Source: the human T2T-CHM13v2.0 reference genome, Homo sapiens
Reading direction: 5' to 3' (one strand)
Length of the DNA: 64,000 nt
NCBI RefSeq assembly: GCF_009914755.1
Contig: NC_060928.1
Part shown: piece after piece, positions 62,233 through 64,000 of the stretch
Position numbering within the stretch: position 1 is the stretch's first letter
How the letters are laid out: each line of letters opens with the position of its first letter
Notes under the pieces: model-generated
Database searches by the model: none
The model's input: only the letters and a program-made list of their open reading frames with translations
Told to the model about the DNA's origin: nothing
Program-made: the position numbers and the translations under genes

Positions 62233-62410
62233 TACACACACACACACATACACTCAGATACTCACACACAATATAAACACAAATATACTTTAACTTAGGA
62301 ATAGTTAAATAGTGCCAGCTCAGTTTAAGCTTAGAAACATAGACTGTTGGAACTACAGGAGATTTTAAAGATTTTAAGTGATTGTAATTGTTTTACACAC
62401 ACACACACAC
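62233..62410. repeat. Two (CA)n microsatellites
   Basis: (CA)n at about 62234-62270 and 62395-62410. Confidence 0.85.
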
Positions 62411-62900
62411 CTCTTAATTTAAAAAAGAGGAAAATTTGGGGCTGAAAAACCGGGAATTACATATCCGAGGTCACAAAACAAGGATCATGCTAATTATAAT
62501 AAGAATCCAAAGCTTTCAAGTCCCTCTGTGGTGTCTTCCCACAACTCCAACCCCATTTCTCACAAAGTTTAGAGGAACATATGGTTGACATTGAATTAAT
62601 TGACTGCTTTTTTCTGTAAATGTGTTACCTCCGCATGATAACTAGTGGCATGTTAGAGATAAAGATGCTCGAACAAAAGGGATCTATGACTTGCTAGTGG
62701 GCACAAACGATTATGGAAGCAGAGCTAAAGTGTGACACAGTCTAGGAATAAAATCTCACATTATTCTCAGTATTTAGTTATAAGGAGTAAAATAAAGAAA
62801 AGTTAAGGACTATGTTTTTTTTTAAAAAAAAACAAACCCTATTTCTTTGTCAAAATATTATCCTCTTTACCCTCAAACCCCACTGAAATAAGAAAAACAT

Positions 62901-63290
62901 ATGTGGCATATATACACCATGGAATACTATGCAGCCATAAAAAATGATGAGTTCATGTCCTTTGTAGGGACATGGATGAAGCTGGAAACCATCATTCTCA
63001 GCAAACTATCGCAAGGACAAAAAACCAAACACCGCATGTTCTCATTCGTAGGTGGGAATTGAACAATGAGAACACACGGACACAGGAAGGGGAACATCAC
63101 ACATGGGGGCCTGTTGTGGGGTGGGGGGAAGGGGGAGAGATAGCATTAGGAGATATACCTAATGTTAAATGACGAGTTACTGGGTGCAGCACACCAACAT
63201 GGCACACGTATACATATGTAACTAACCTGCACATTGTGCACATGTACCCTAAAACTTAAAGTATAATTAAAAAAAAAAAAGAAAAAAAAA
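62901..63290 (+). mobile_element. 5'-truncated young L1PA (PA3/PA4-like) 3' end
   Basis: ATGTGGCATATATACACCATGGAATACTATGC...CTATCGCAAGGACAAAAAACCAAACACCGC...AAAGTATAATT plus A-tail; very similar to 40049-40437. Confidence 0.95.
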
Positions 63291-63305
63291 GCATTGATTA
63301 TAGGA

Positions 63306-63786
<481 letters not shown>

Positions 63787-64000
63787 CTAAAAGAACTCTT
63801 GGGTAGCGCTCAGGGAATAGCTAGTGGGCTCTGGGAAAATGGGCACACTTGGGACAATACACCAGATAATTAGGAAAAGGATAACAAAGTTCTAGGGGAA
63901 AAAATGCTCATTAGAACCTAGAAATGTGCATCCAATCAAACTACCTTCAAATTTTATGGCGCTGACTATAAATAGAGACAATTTCAGACATTCAAGAATT

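Noticed and set aside
61901-62269. 122-aa minus-strand ORF
   Set aside because: Begins in a (TG)n microsatellite and shows no recognisable homology.

Overview
AT-rich, CpG-depleted primate genomic DNA. AluJ/S/Y plus an L1PA3-type element point to an ape, probably human. It reads as intergenic or deep intronic: I can support no host protein-coding exon, RNA gene or CpG-island promoter. Most of it is layered transposon debris: one full-length but dead ~6.16-kb L1PA3/PA4-type LINE-1 (34277-40437), nine Alus, several truncated L1PA/L1PB/L1M pieces, solo LTRs (THE1D-like, MLT1, MLT2, LTR47-like), DNA-transposon fossils (MER6A, MER20, MER94-like), and MIR and L2 remnants. Apart from the L1 ORF1/ORF2/ORF0 pieces, the ORF-track entries look like chance ORFs or repeat read-through. 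I found no convincing new biological system. The best observations are footprints of retrotransposition and DNA repair: (i) a probable L1 3' transduction carrying an old AluJ inside one 13-bp TSD (62890-63644); (ii) a ~500-bp local inverted duplication bracketing 7.6 kb (384-881 / 8501-8995); (iii) a 94-bp palindrome formed by an inverted copy of the target site at an L1 5' junction (54479-54572); (iv) a snap-back patchwork at another L1 5' junction (14494-14574); (v) a 40-bp insertion templated from 1 kb away (49963-50002). Subfamily names come from recalled consensus features, not a database search, and boundaries of old repeats are approximate.
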